Shown: positions 37,701 through 51,205, numbered from the whole stretch's first letter. The stretch is DNA of 56,247 nt, filler included, from Sphacelaria rigidula (GCA_964200075.2; 4 parts of 4 records of this genome joined end to end with filler, not necessarily neighbours in it), one strand, 5' to 3'. Made by a program: numbers and translations. Notes: generated by a model from the letters alone, not told the origin.

Positions 37701-40700
37701 CGCACCGTGTGACGCAAGAGGGGGACGGTGTCATCCTCCATCTAGGGGGTGAAACTAAGTAACAAAGCGTGATAGCTTTGCTGTTGCGTGGTAGCCATCA
37801 TGAGTTAATCTACTCGAGATGCTTCTTCATACAAATGGCCGCATCATTCGCGCAGCAGGTTGGGAGTTGAACCTGTACCTCTTTGCTCATTCCATCCACC
37901 AAGTGCTGAGGTATACCTTCTTGAGTCATTTTCCGATTTTTCGCGAGTTTGCTTCATTTCTCCGCCATGTTTCTCCTTTTACAGACTGGTGGCAGGTCAA
38001 GGAACAAGAACATTTCATTCTCTTTTCCCCTCACGCGGTTTTAATACGATGTCACATGAAAATTACACGCATGATAACACTCTGTGGGAACCGGACCGAA
38101 AATTCTCACTGGGTATTATTCTCTTAGGGTAGAGATAACGCGGTCATTATTCAATCTACTAGACATTTTCGACTCGACCTCAGCGGTCACAATCGAAAAG
38201 CGAAGACAACATGGCTGTGCTGACCGTGCTCAACAACATTTGTGCAAAGGTCACAAATCAGATTGATATACAAGGGAGAGAGGGACACTGTTTGAATTCA
38301 AGCTTTCGATTCGGAACAATTTCCGCTCCTACGGCCTCTGATATCGTTTGTTGTATTGTATCATACTCACTCTCTACGTATCACTATCCCCTCTTCCTCT
38401 CCCTCGCCCTCTCCGGACGCGCGCCCATATCCTCGATACGAGTCCGTGAGCTCAGGAGATTCTCTCATCCGTTCTCTGGTATTTACCTCAAATTGCATAT
38501 CACGGATAGAGATGACACTCACAGCACGTGCACTTTCAGCGATTATTATTCTCAACTCTCATTCCCACGAGTAGCATGAAGAATTACCATGGTTTGCCTC
38601 GTCGCGAGCGGCAAGTGGACGGGCGTGCGGTATGCTCCGCCTGCTTCGAGTGAGTCAAGCCGGAAGTACAGTACTGTAGCGGTAGAGGAACCTTGAATTT
38701 CCCCCCGAAATCAGCCCGGACAGCTGACGCACTGACCCCCGCATGTCCGACAAAACAGGACGCTGCGCGTGCGGTGACAACGGCGATTTATTCGTCATGG
38801 TGTGAAGCACGCTCAAAAACAGAACAAAAAATGGGATCTAGAAATGGATACTGTAGATAATACTCGATGTAATTAATCACTCTCCTTGCGCAAAAGGGAA
38901 GGATACGACATCTTCATAGAGGCAGAAAAAGGGGAGAAGACAAAAGGTATGCACCCCACCATCCCTCCCTGCCTTGCCTGGCCGACGCATCGATAGTCGT
39001 TTGACAAAGGCGCAACGGTCGCAATTGCACCCACAAAAGGACGTTCTTGTATCAGTTTAGTGTCAGGTGTATGCTTTTTGAGGGCGGGCACCAGTAGTCC
39101 AACCCGGGGACAAATTAGACTCTGCCGACGAAAGGCACACCAGAGTGCTGTTTTCACAGGGTAGCAGTAGGTAAATCCAAGGTATGTAAAAAAAGTAGTT
39201 TGGGGGCCTGGATCATCGTAAGGTACCGCATCGCAACACAAAAACTGCGCTTCAGGTATAAACTCCAAGCTCTGCGTGTGGTTGGTGCAGGACAGGGGGG
39301 TGGGGGATCAGCGACGTGAGATATGTACAAATTTTGGGTACATGCAACAACTCCGTCCCGGAAACCACATGGGCGTTGAGCTGGTAACAGCACGAACAGG
39401 CAAACCAATGTATGAGGTAGATATGTGCGTGCACTGTTGTACTGTACTGGATATTCGTGGTATAATAGAGAGAGCTCACGTAGCACTTTGCCCAAGATAA
39501 TATGATGAGACGTGGTACACTACCCGTGAAACTCATGGTGTGTCGTGCACCACACTTCGCCTGCTTATGCACACAACAGTCGAGTGACAATGAATTACTG
39601 TTCTGTTGCAATCGTCATGGCAGGAGCATGCTTGCAAGGTTAGCGCGTTCAAGACTAAAGTACGGTGCGGAGGGGGCGCAGTGAGTTGCATGTCACCCTG
39701 TACGTTGTACTGTGCTCCACGCAGATGGAGGTTAGAGATCATACGTGGCCGCCAGCCTGCCTGTTCGGGGGCGGGTAAAGGACAGTACGATACACAATGC
39801 TCAACAGTAAATCCTCCGCTTTTTCACCGTGTCGGTTTATCAGTATGGGTATGTCTTCATCACCACCCTTCTACATCCACTAAAAAAACAAGGCAGAAGA
39901 ATAAGGTCTGCTATTTGCAATTCTCCCCTGTCTCCGCAAAAGCATGAGGCAGACCTGTCTCGACAACAGCAGGGCTTTCAATTATTCCGCAGTCATCTGC
40001 TGCTGCCGATGTGCTGCAAATGAAATCTCCTTTTGTCTGTTCGGCTGTGTGCCATTGTGATGTTTCACGACCAGTTTGTTCAAGTTTCAATGAAGGTGTT
40101 GTGTGCAGAACAGTACAGACAGTACAGTACAGTACAGTACAGTACAGTACAGTACAGTACAGTACAGTACAGTACAGTACAGTACAGTACAAATACTGTA
40201 CATTCGTACACGTACCGTTCCGTATTGTGAAAAGAGAGCGGCACAACACGTTTCTTTGTGAAGAGATAGAGACGGCGATGATCAAGCACCTTGACGCGGG
40301 CACGAATCAACGTGGTATCCCAGGAGGAGGGGAGGGGGGCTTCATTCAGCTTGAGCATAATGCCGTTTTTCATCTACCCATCTCTCTCGCTCTACGATCT
40401 CAATTGCAGCTCAAGAACGCGAGGAGAGAGAACCTTGCTTGCGCAGCCTCTGTTTTTGCCAGTGACCAAAAACAAGTCCACTTCTGGTTCCTCTTGGGAC
40501 GCGCTGTTTTTACTTGATTTTAGACTACTTACAACGTTTTTTTTTTCGCGGCCCATGTTCTTTCCCCCCCCCTCTCCTTCGAATGTCCACACACACCCAC
40601 CTGAAAGTCCCCTGCGTTGGCGTAACACTGCATGTCCGCTTTTCCAAAAATACCGGCCTGGCACACGGCCCCAGTGGCCACCAGCTGTGTGTCGACGTAA

Positions 40701-40717
40701 GCATTCCACCCTGACAT
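31740..40717 (-). CDS. PFN: Profilin, 155 aa, 5 exons: 40717-40601, 35439-35358, 34758-34655, 32634-32515, 31784-31740
   Basis: All introns are GT-AG with consistent phases (117+82+104+120+45 = 468 nt). Protein: MSGWNAYVDTQLVATGAVCQAGIFGKADMQCYANAGDFQFRGYTTKVTGDDGTEKDTAINEAADMLNFVTTGTKPATGFRMNGTKFVVLRELEGPVLYLKRTKGSACFACTNTLVIVGVFDDDACKEHHPSPTAGALACNKAVEDLAEYLRASGF*. It has the profilin W..YVD, GxKF and LxxYL motifs. Confidence 0.95.
32185..32499 (-). mobile_element. tRNA-derived SINE, family B, in profilin intron 4
   Basis: GCCGCGCCCCAGTGGTGTAATGG (A box)..GATCGATTCCC (B-box-like); alignable to 54492-54814. Confidence 0.75.
35781..35955. repeat. Fold-back palindrome (MITE-like) in profilin intron 1
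   Basis: GCACACCCTGGGCAA / TTGTCCAGGGTGTGC and AGTGTACTG..GTATCGA / TCGATAC..CAGTACACT arms. Confidence 0.6.
36230..37440 (-). mobile_element. 5'-truncated RTE-clade LINE in profilin intron 1
   Basis: KFVYIRGAISANAKMSTEINRRISAAW..EALLYGCVTWTLR..IETTVRKRELLLAGAL..GGRP are post-RT RTE motifs; 3' boundary approximate. Confidence 0.85.
40111..40191. repeat. (CAGTA)n microsatellite
   Basis: About 15 tandem CAGTA units. Confidence 0.95.
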
Positions 40718-41638
40718 GATTGAAGCTTTGCTTACAGTAACAGTGAAGGAGTCTGCGGGCACGGTGTGGTTTGCTCGTACACTTTGAAAGCGCTGGTTAC
40801 TGAAATTGAATTAGGCGGCGAGACAGGGAATGGGGAAGGGGGGGGGGAAGGATTTCCAAGAACTCTGATGGAGGCGTCTTCGTACATGGATCTATCTATC
40901 TGCACACGTAACTGCTGGTCTATTGTTACGCGCTGACTAGTGCTGCTCGCTCTGATGATTGTGCATTGTATTTACACTTCTTACACTAGCGGTGAAGAGT
41001 GCAATGCGCCCCACGTGTGTAATGTGACACGGCGGTGGTATTCGATGGAGGACACCTCCGATCATGATACGAATGATTCTCGGCTGTGAGAGAGAGCATC
41101 CTCGAGCACCCATCCCTCTATTATTGTTCATTTAATACAATGGTGGGAGATGGGCCGGCCGTAGAACGTGCATATCCCGGACACATGATAAGTTTTCAGA
41201 TTCCTGAATGAGCCCGATGTAAATATATCGTTGTGAACTGCAGACCAACCCGGTGATGCACGCCCCGTCCCTCGAATTGTTTTGACAACCAATGTACTAC
41301 ATATTATATCCCCTAAACGACTGAACCGGAGTCTGGAAGAAAAAAAGAGGATTTATCGGGATTCGCACTCGAAACCTCCATAACGGAAGTCCCCGGCACC
41401 ACTACGCAAGATTAGCGGGGTGCAGCGGAGCGTTGTGTCATACAAAAAGTTGCACGAGCAGCCCAATTTTAGGAGTTTGGGTCAAAATTTCCAAGGGTCT
41501 TCTGCATGCAAGTTAAAATTTCATGCCCGAAGCAAGAACAGTTTTTTTTCCTCGATGTAGTTATGCACACTCTGGACAGTGAACCAAGAATAATAGTTAA
41601 TTGACTCAGCAATAGACACGGGGAAAAATCTATCGATT

Positions 41639-42165
41639 CAGGCTGGTTCACGGAGAAAAGCCCAAATTCTGTCACCAGCAAATGCCTCCTGCAATACGCA
41701 CCCAATAGTCGCATACATGGTATCATAATGACCGCAATGAACAGACGAAGAGGGTGACATAGCCGGATTTTTTTCAAGGCTATAATAGCGGTGGCGCTAT
41801 GGACAAAAATGTGTCTCGATCAATCAGCGCCTTTCAAACTGTTCCGAAATCGAAAATACGAATTCCAAGCCCAATTTCCACCGAATGTCCACATGCTTCA
41901 AATCGTAGGGACCGTCATCACCTCAATAATCTAACGGGAGAATGGGATTTGAAAACGGTTGCAACGGGGTCGAATTATACCCGAAACCGTAATGTTTCGA
42001 TGATGTGGAGTTTGGCCTCGTCTAATTTCCCCTCATGATACGCGGGAAAGACCCAGGGAGCCTCGTGACGATTTCCCTTATATCTGTTGTAGAAAAGCTC
42101 AGATCATCCTCAAACTTGGCAGTTCCGTAGGTATTGATGCTCCAAATGATTTTTTTTTTCTTGTA
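41639..42165. mobile_element. Left part of CAGGCTGGTTCA-TIR element (cut by contig end)
   Basis: Colinear with 49693-50210 over ~500 bp. Confidence 0.75.
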
Positions 42166-42265
42166 NNNNNNNNNNNNNNNNNNNNNNNNNNNNNNNNNNN
42201 NNNNNNNNNTTAATTAATTAANNNNNNNNNNNNNNNNNNNNNNNNNNNNNNNNNNNNNNNNNNNN
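42166..42265. other. Artificial contig linker
   Basis: N44-TTAATTAATTAA-N44. Confidence 0.98.
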
Positions 42266-43234
42266 CGGCTGGGTAAAGGCACACAACCAGCACCAGCATA
42301 CACCGCTCGACCGGCTGGGCCAGACCCCATGCTGCAATGAAAGGAGCAGCGCACAGCACAGTAGTGCGGATATACTGCACCGCCAGGGTACTGCTTGCAC
42401 CCGTCAGCATGACGGCTGCTGCCGTTGGCATCGGCGCCAGCGCTCGCGGCCACAAGAAGACACAGCCAGCCATACGAGTACTACGATGGTGATAAACTGA
42501 TACACAAGCGTCGCAATGACCCACTGCGGCGGCAATATACCACTTGCTGTCTGCTTGTCTGCGTGCAGCTCTGTTCCTCTGCTGCTGTTCTATTCATCTC
42601 GGCGTACACTACAGATGTGACTCGAGCCTGCGAGCCAATCACAAGCATTTTTCACCATATAATTCACTACGAAGATCGCTTTTTATTGGCGCTAGATTCC
42701 GCCGATTCCTCACTGGAGGGCCTCTGATTGGTTGAATTTCACATTTCACTACAAAAGTTTGTCCTCATGTATGGGCGTTGTGCCTATTTTCTCGCCTCTT
42801 GCGTCATCATGAACTCCCCGCCGAACCCTACTACATCGATGTTTTATAAACTATTATATTATACTGTGCTCAATTTTTCGGCTCTCCATGTAGTTGGTTG
42901 TCGTTTTCGTTCATCACATTGATCATTTTCTAGAAGTGCAGCGCCCGCGGTCACAAAGCTATGGCACAAAAAAACAGCATAATAAATAAATACGAGCTGG
43001 GCCGGCCGACGGTGATTTTAGAACGAAAAGTGGAGATGCCATTGGTACTTCGAAGAGTCAGGTCACCTCTTATGGCAGCGTTTGAATATTTATTTTGCAA
43101 CAATTTCAGAGGAGTTTTTTTTTTCTTTGTCACCATGGTGAACGGGCACGAAATACGCAACTATGGCAAAGCAAAAACAAGAAAAACCATTTAAAAGTAT
43201 TGCAAAATAAAATTCTAAACTCTCCCATAAGAGT

Positions 43235-43720
43235 TGGCCTTGGTTACTGAAATTTTGACCCATTTTTCTCGTCAACCCGCGCAACCCTATCGGGGGTGCT
43301 GAGGAAAAAAAAACCCAGGGAGTTGGAGCCAGTTGAAGTTCCAGCAAAAATAGTAAAACTGCTTGAAGTTTTTTCAAGTGGATAAAAACGACGACAACGC
43401 TCCCACGCATATGGGCATTCGTGTCAGCTACGTTCTGGTGAAGTTCCGGCCAAAAGTACCTGAAGTTGGGCGCGGCATCGCACTTTTCGTGTGACACGGC
43501 CGCGCCCCTTTAATTCAAGTGATATAGGAGACTCTAATTATGAAGGACATGGGTTCGAATCCCGACAGATTCTCCTTTTCTCATCCGTCGCGAAGGTAAC
43601 ATATTATGCAGTACATTTTTCATTATCAATATTATTTTTCATTCAGCGGTGGTACCGTGTGTCAACAGCTTGGTCTGCACTTCACAGCGATATGCTCAAG
43701 TGGTGCTGACTTGGAAAACT
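43235..43720 (+). repeat. Dispersed repeat with an internal tRNA-like cassette
   Basis: Inverted homolog at 53310-53792; GGGTTCGAATCCC at ~43550. Confidence 0.65.
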
Positions 43721-43961
43721 TGAAAAGTTGTGATGTGGAAGGCGAATGCGGGTTTCACTACTGGCCCAGCTTGCAAAAGACGCCCAAAAAAAGGAGACAA
43801 AGCCATGAAGGGCAGGGTTCTACACACCAGCTCTGTATTTTCTCATCCATTGAACTTGAAGAAGTGCAAAAATGCGGTCTGGATTACCGCGGATGTGCCC
43901 TAGGGTGAATAAAGCACAGCAGTCACGATCAGAAAGTACAAGGCACAGCAGTCAGTGCAAG

Positions 43962-43962
<1 letters not shown>

Positions 43963-44022
<60 letters not shown>

Positions 44023-44135
44023 CGTTCCATCCATTTTGGACGCCGGCCTACATCTTTTTCGGTATATGGGCGCACCAGCCGGGGTCACATAGGAGTTCTT
44101 CTTCCTTTGTTGTAGTTCTCCACCTTCCTTCTGCA
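43963..44135 (-). mobile_element. 3' fragment of SINE A with (CA)n tail
   Basis: Reverse complement of the SINE A 3' end next to (TG)n at 43963-44020. Confidence 0.75.
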
Positions 44136-45152
44136 AGGTACGGTACGTAAACGCACTACTTGTACGGTACTGTATACATGATCTGAGGTGGACACAGCAT
44201 ACCCACAACAAGAGCAAAGCGGTCATCGTCAGCGTTGTACAAGCCCAAGGACGTGTCTGATTTCTCGTCTCGCCGTTGTCTCGCCGAATATCGTTTTTCC
44301 TACTGACGAAAATAGAGAGTGGCGGACCGCTGCTTCGCGGGCGGAAACTCGGCAATGCTGACTCATCTAAACGGCCGCGCACCGTCTTTGTATCACACAC
44401 ACCCCACCACGTGTCGAACCTGATATCGCCCTGAAATACTGCCATCGACCAGTTTATTCCCGCCCGGTGATCAGTTGAAAGTAGTAAGAAAAGGACGGTC
44501 CCTTCGCAGTGGCCGTAAATTTGTTCAAACACCTGCAACTGCAACGGATGTACTATTATATTTTCACGTTGGTTGGTTGACCAGTACTGCGGTGTTTTTC
44601 TCTGTAAACACGTGTAGCACACGCCAAACCGTAAACCGTGTACCGTATCAGAAGAACACCCAGCGCTCCTTGTCCAGCTGTGCCAAGTTATGTACTGGAC
44701 ACTACTATTGGGTCAGCGCTGTTTCGTGCTCTTGTCCACCTCATGAGCGTCACACATGGAGTATCGCATGTACGTGACAGCCAGTCGAGAATTAGACAAA
44801 CATCACAGAGTCCTGGACACAAAGACGCCGCATCGACCAAAAAGACCGCGCAGACATGCGCCTCATCGCTCGTTTCCAGAGAACAGTACCGTTTGCAGTA
44901 CAACCGACCCGAGTACTGAAGTAGACTAGTGACGCGTAGACTAGAAACAGCCAGTGAACACATTCGTATTGTAGGATTGTGTGAACAGTTCTTCGCTGGG
45001 GTCGTAGGGTGTGACCACGTGTCACGGCCGAAGATGATCTCCGGTTCTTCCTGAAGGTTCTTGTGTGCTTACATAGTCTAGCTTCGACAGCGGCTAGAGA
45101 TGAAGAATCGACGCAACATCAATAGGGCACACACGATACAGTACACACCTTG

Positions 45153-45830
45153 CCGCACGACACTCCACGGGCGCTTTCTCTTCTGTCCTCCCGCCTCGGA
45201 TTTGCCTCCTTTTCCCCCCGTCAGCGAATCAGTGGTACTCTGTGCTCTGGTGGTCATTACAAGGCCTCCTGTTGACGCAGACCTCGCAGTAGTATTGGAC
45301 CTGGAGGTGACCTCCAAACCCATGCTTTTTTTCGCCGATTTTGCCGTGGTTGCTACACAATACATTTATTCACGACAGGCGCCACGGATTCAAGGGTTAC
45401 CGTTCGTGCAATGTTTTTCTTGCTTTTACTGTCTGTACAGTGTATACTGTACTGTAGTGTTGGTCAACTGTGATATGTGTACGACTGTCTGTACTAACTG
45501 TAGCCTAATAAAAACTCAAACTTGTTGGAGCGAAAAATGAGAAGAGAGCACATACTCGACCGCGCAGCGCAGCGTTTCTATTCGGAGACGCGTTTGTGTT
45601 AGTGCTGCTGGTCAACCTTCGACAAAGCAGATGAAAAGTACGGCAGCAAAAAGATGAGTTTGCTTGCTACCCGTCTTTCTTCCCCTGCCCCCCCCCCGAC
45701 TCCCCGCCCAAAAGCAAGAAATTACCACAGCAGCATCTGAATTCCTGTTGCATACCCTCACCTGTGCTGTTCGGGGAAGATCCCTCGAAGGAGGCAAAAT
45801 TAGTATGACCCGCCCACAGCAACGCAGCTT
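45153..45830 (-). other. Possible exons of an unidentified gene divergent from SDF2
   Basis: ALLWAGHTNFASFEGSSPNST|gtgagg and tag|TTAKSAKKSMG..PWSVVRQ|gtgtgt; no recognisable domain. Confidence 0.25.
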
Positions 45831-46408
45831 TCACACACACGGCGAGCAGATGGTTACGTTATTAGATTTATCACGTTCCTGTAGCGATGGACCACAAGCC
45901 GCACAGAAAGTCTAGCACACGACGATGTTTCGATAACACACTTTTCCGTAGGCTGCGAAGAGAACCTGATGTTGTTGGTGGGGGGTTGGTATAGAACAGC
46001 GTTGTCAGACTGTGCAAATTGCCGTTCCCGCTTGAAAACGGTTTAGTCTGGAAACATCATTTTTCCAGCGAGTACAAACATGCCTCCTTAATATTTCAAA
46101 TATTCTAGAACCTGGTCATCATCTTGTACTGGAAGACAGCAAAAGGCAATCACCGAAGGAATCACGCGACGCGACCTACACCCATTTCAGGCTTAGGTCT
46201 TGTAGTTTGAGACTCTCGTCGTTATCCCCCCCGTAATCTGTTTTCGATACTTTACCCCCCGTAGAATCAAATTATTGCTGCTGCAAAAGGCTACCGCAAG
46301 AGCAAGCATTTCTGGATAAACTGATTACATCTCTACTTCAGCTACTGGTGGAACACGGAGCAGCCGAGTGGAGGGATACGGGATTTCGTTGCATTGGATT
46401 TCCTCGTC

Positions 46409-47566
46409 ATGGCTGGGAAGAGAGCTAGGAGTAGTGTGGCCGCTGCCATCCTGGGTGGCATAGTATGCTGTGCAAACGCTCGTGAAGGTATAGGCAACGA
46501 TATCCTGTCAATTCACCCCGTTCGTGCATACTCGATGTCTACCCTCTCTGGTCTGGAGTTGACAATTTTGAGGCTTTCAGTTCTATATCTGTCCTGCTGG
46601 ACTTGTTGATTCTTGTTCTGGTTCCTCCGTGTATTGCATCAAGTTGTTTATTCGTCTTGCAAGTTGATGCCCTGAGGGAGGGGCAACGTTGCTCGGTCGA
46701 TACGCTAGAGTCGGTGTCTCCAATCACTGAAGAATATTCCATATACATTCCATGTATTCAGTATGCTGTATGCAAAGAGGGAGGGGAAGAGACAGGGGCA
46801 ACTTGTGTGGAAGGTGTCCGCGGGGCAATGTTGGGGGGGTGGTATCCCCGGACATATCATCGGTCCGCATATTTGATTACTTTTGTGGAGGTTTCTCCTT
46901 TGCGACATTGAAAAGCACGATCACCACAAACTACGTCAAAGAATATTATTGCATTGTTGCGTCGTTCCTTTGTGTCGCCGTGTAGAGTACATTCAAAGTT
47001 TTTGGTGTTTTTCGTACCGCCTGCTCTCCACTCTTTCCGGCTTTTTCCGTGTCGAGTATGATTGGCCATCCAAGTCCGTTCACCAACCGTTTCAACGACA
47101 CGTGGAGATGGAAACGCCTCCCGTGGGATGTCCATGTTCTGGTGCTTTTCAGTTACAATCGACTGGTGTTCGCATGGGCATGTCTTCTACAACAGAGACG
47201 TAGTAAATCAGCGCAACCTTTGAAATGTCCAAGCGACGTGAGAAATGTGATCGACGGCGATCCGGAGCCCCCCTTGTTGATCCGGTCGAGGCACGCCGCT
47301 CCGGAGTGGTCTCCAGTTCACTTGTTTGTTGGATTGTCTTGCTCCTGTGTTTTCTGTTCTTCGTTGCAACTTGGCTTTTCGGTCGACACAATTATACCTC
47401 CGGGCGACGGGAAGTAGTGGCCGTAACGTGCGGCAGCGTGATCAAACTCCAGCACGAGATTACAAAGTACAACCTTCACTCGCATACCATCAAGTGGGGC
47501 GGCGGCAGCCAGCAGCAGAGCGTCACCTCGCACGGAGGCAAAGATGACCAGGGATCACTCTGGATT
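46409..47566 (+). CDS. SDF2: Stromal cell-derived factor 2-like MIR-domain ER protein, first two exons (46409-46487, 47418-47566)
   Basis: Signal peptide MAGKRARSSVAAAILGGIVCCANARE|gt, then VAVTCGSVIKLQHEITKYNLHSHTIKWGGGSQQQSVTSHGGKDDQGSLWI|gtgagt, the SDF2 first MIR repeat. Phases fit. Later exons not seen in the window. Confidence 0.9.
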
Positions 47567-48479
47567 GTGAGTACAAACAGCGCGCGACCGTAGTTTTCTC
47601 TGGAACACCTTGTATGCTGTGGGTGGGTGACACCGAGTGTTGCGTCGCTTGCTATACATGCAATTCGGTAGGGAGCCAAGCAGTTACCTCGCCTGTACTG
47701 TAGCCAAGTACTGCACGGGGGGATGGGGGGCATACTGCACATACTATGCATATACGGGCGGGATTTTGCATGGTCCAAATTATAAGAGCCTGGAATCAAT
47801 ATACCCCTACCTTGTACATACCCCCCTTTACATGATACCTCCACATCACTTGAGTCATGACTATGTTTTTCCGAGGGGTATACTAGATAAAACGATACAG
47901 GTACAAAATACCCCCTTTGCATCATACACCCTATACACACGACTTTCGAGAAAATGTTGATGTTACTGTAATAGGATGGTACGTGATGTTTACGATATAC
48001 TAGTATCTGCCTGTATCAGGCGATACGTCGTAAGATTACTGGCTTCTATCGGTGAAATGTGTAAGAGAGTATTCGAGATGGCGGCGCCTGACACCCACAC
48101 ACCAGGGGACGGACAAGTAATCTGTGCTATATTTTTGCTGTTCTGCGGTTTTGACCCGTGATGAGCGAGACCCACGTACCCTCGGCCGCGGCTACAGGCA
48201 AACCTCAGCAGCAGTCGCCTTCGACCACATCCGGCATCGATGCTGCCAAAGCCCCCCTCTACGTTACCTGAGCCGGCCAGATCCGGTCGACCTCACTGGC
48301 AATGGGTCAAACAGTGACCCCATGCGATACCGTAGACATCGATATTGCCGATATTGACAGAGGGCTGTAGCAGCGAATTTCAAGAGGCCACGCGTTCTGC
48401 TGGCGTTCTGCTGGATCGCTCGCGTGCTACTGCTGTCTGCACTTCAATGAAAGCATGTTTTTTGCAACAATATTATTGT

Positions 48480-48584
48480 AGTCTCCTAAGACGGCGAAAG
48501 TAGGTCATCCGTTGAATCGGCATCAATTTCACCTGCAAAAAGTATGCATAATCCAGATGGACTACCTCGCAATTTAACGGTTAG
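48480..48584. mobile_element. piggyBac-like mini-MITE, copy 2
   Basis: Reverse-complement homolog of 55402-55508. Confidence 0.5.
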
Positions 48585-48933
48585 GACTAAAAATGCCAAG
48601 ACATGGAAATGATCTCGCGGAGGAGGTACTCTGGCTGGAGGCATCAGCACAACTGTCAGTGTGGCACAGTTCCCAGCCAATGGCAAGCACTGATGCGACC
48701 CGATGATTCGTACCTATATATAGGCGAGAATATCATGAGAAAAGACGTAATAGATCACATCATGTATCATACAGGTCAGAAGTCAGGTGATACATGAGGA
48801 TATATGCGTTTAATCACTTGTACTTCCTCTGTCCCATAAGTCTGGTCGGTTATGTTTGTACGATTCCTTACCCGTGTCCCATCTGGCTTTCGATGTACTT
48901 TTTCGATTTCTCGGCTGTTTTTTTGTTACAAGC

Positions 48934-48964
<31 letters not shown>

Positions 48965-49079
48965 TTACTGCTGGCTGTTGAACTCTGCGGCTGAACGGCT
49001 GCAAAAAAATCAGCCGACCCAAAAATGGCCATATTTCGCCCCTTTCTCAGGGGGAAATAAAATGTCGAGGAAAATATCT

Positions 49080-49649
49080 GGCCGGTCGAGGAAATTCCCG
49101 GTCGTCTCGTACACCTCATCGTAAATGAAGTTGATTCGGCAAAGTTTCTGAGGAGGGGAGAGGGAGAGTTTGGTGCGGCGAGCCACTTTTGCCGCCTCTT
49201 ATTTCTTGATGATACCGCTGCACGGTCTCCGTACCGTGTTCCAGCCCGATGTCTTTCTGCTGATCGGACACCTGCCGGAGCGTAAATGACCGATTCTACT
49301 TTTTGACGTTCTTCAGCGCCGCCACCTTTGTTGCGTGAGGAGCGACGGGCGGTCAGTCCATGTGTTGTTCGAAAAGGTCGTCCTCCTGGGTAGCGTCGAT
49401 CTGGGCGTTGGCGTTTCCCCACAATTTCGTCGGGTACTCGAGACCAACACCGTAGTTCGCAAATTGGCCCCTGCGAGCCCTTGAGCACCCTCACCTTACC
49501 CGGTGGAACAGCGAGCGCAACCTCCATCGCAAACGCATAGCGGCGACCCAATTGTAGCTCGCCACCCGTTCGGCGAAGGGGGGGGGGGGGGGGTACTCGG
49601 GGGCAAGTCCATCGTATTGTGATGTCTGTGGGCTAGGTAGGTGCGGCAT
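49080..49649 (-). pseudogene. Mariner (DD39D-like) transposase N-terminal remnant
   Basis: Frameshifted RRYAFAMEVALAVPPGK..NYGVGLEYPTKLW..NRSFTLRQVS..ETVQRY..TKLSLSPPQKLCRINFIYDEV; ends before the catalytic core. Confidence 0.65.
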
Positions 49650-49692
49650 GTTCAACACGAATTCCCAAGATAATCGAAAACAAAAGCTCATA

Positions 49693-51205
49693 CAGGCTGG
49701 TTCATGCTCATCACCTAAAATTGTGTCATCAGCAAATGCCTTCCGCAATACCTACCCAATAGTCGCATACATGGTGTCATGCTGACCGCCATGGACAGCT
49801 GAAGAGCATGACGTGGCTGGATTTTTGTTCAAGGCCATAGAGGTAGCGCTAACGGCGAAAAGGTATGTCGACCAATTAGCGCCCGTCAAATTTTTCCGAG
49901 ATCGAAATTACGAAACTAAGCTCAATTTTCACCCAATCTCCACATGCTTCAAATCATAGTAACCGTCATCGACTCGGCAATCTAACGAAAAAAGCATATT
50001 TGAAAACAGTTACTACGGGGGTCGAATTATACCCGAAACCGTGATGTCCGGTGATGTTGGGTGTTGGCGTCGTCTAATTTCCACTAATGATAATGATACG
50101 CACGAAAGACCCAGGGAGCCTCGTGACGGTCTACCCTATATCTTTCGTAGCAAAGCTCAGATCGCCCTCAAACTTGGCAGTTCCGTTGGTATCGATGCTC
50201 CAAATGAAAAAAATTGTATACTTGAAAATATTTCATGGTTACTCCGTTCTCTACCGGCTTCCGGGGATCCCAGTATGAAGATCTCCAAAAGGCGGTACAG
50301 AATGCCCCAAGAGGAAAATCATGAAATGATGCGTCCCGGGATAGTCCAAGGAACACATGTACAAAGTTCGGTGGAGAAACTCGAAAACCTCACGCAATTT
50401 TTCTTTCCTTAACGTGAAATTCACCGATAAAGACGATCCATACTAAAATCAAGTAGTTCGGAGTTGCACGTTTCAAGCCCACGTCCTCCACAAACGCGCA
50501 AACCTTCACGCCGTTATTGGGAGTTAGATTCTGAAACTTTACACAAACATGCTATGTATCATTACGTAACGTTCTATGGACGATGCTTCCTTATTTCTGG
50601 AGTTTTCCACCGTTTTTCGGGGGTCCGACGGGATCCAAGTCATTTTCCGAAGTAGTCTCCATTCTGTTACCCCAGAAAACCGGCACTACGATATACATTT
50701 TTCATTTCTCCGTGAACGATTTGTCGCCGCACAACCCAAGGAAGGGCCCCACAAAGTTTCGTCGCAAAAATCGATCAACTGATAATTGAACTTTCATCTC
50801 CACGTCAAAGAAGGCCCAAGACCGCCGTTTTAGTACTAAAATCAAGTAGATTGCGGTTTCACCGCGGCACGTCAAAGTTCATCGCACAATAGCGAAAAAC
50901 CTCACGCCGTTTCAAGCAGTTAGACCCTGAAATTCTGCACAACTGTGCTATGGGTCACTCCGCAACTCTGTATGAACGATTTTTTTTCACCGTTTTACGG
51001 GGGTCTGGTTGGATCGATGCTTCCCGGAAAAACTGGGACCCCCGTAAAACAGTGAAAAAAGTCACAGAAGTCGAAAAACCTCGACCTTCGAAAGTAGCGT
51101 AATGCCTCAGAGAACACCTGTGCAAAACTTCAGGGTATAACTCCTTAAAACGGCGTGAGGTTTCGCCGATGAGTGTTTTTTGGGTGATGAGCCTGAACCA
51201 GCCTG
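49693..51205. mobile_element. 1.5-kb non-autonomous TA-flanked Tc1/mariner-type element nested in the above
   Basis: TIR CAGGCTGGTTCATGCTCATCACCTAAAA / TTTTGGGTGATGAGCCTGAACCAGCCTG; TA on both sides; internal direct and inverted subrepeats (50441, 50834, 51110-51170). Confidence 0.8.

Noticed and set aside
40011-40517. ORFs with STVQY / LYCTV repeats
   Set aside because: Translation of the (CAGTA)n microsatellite.
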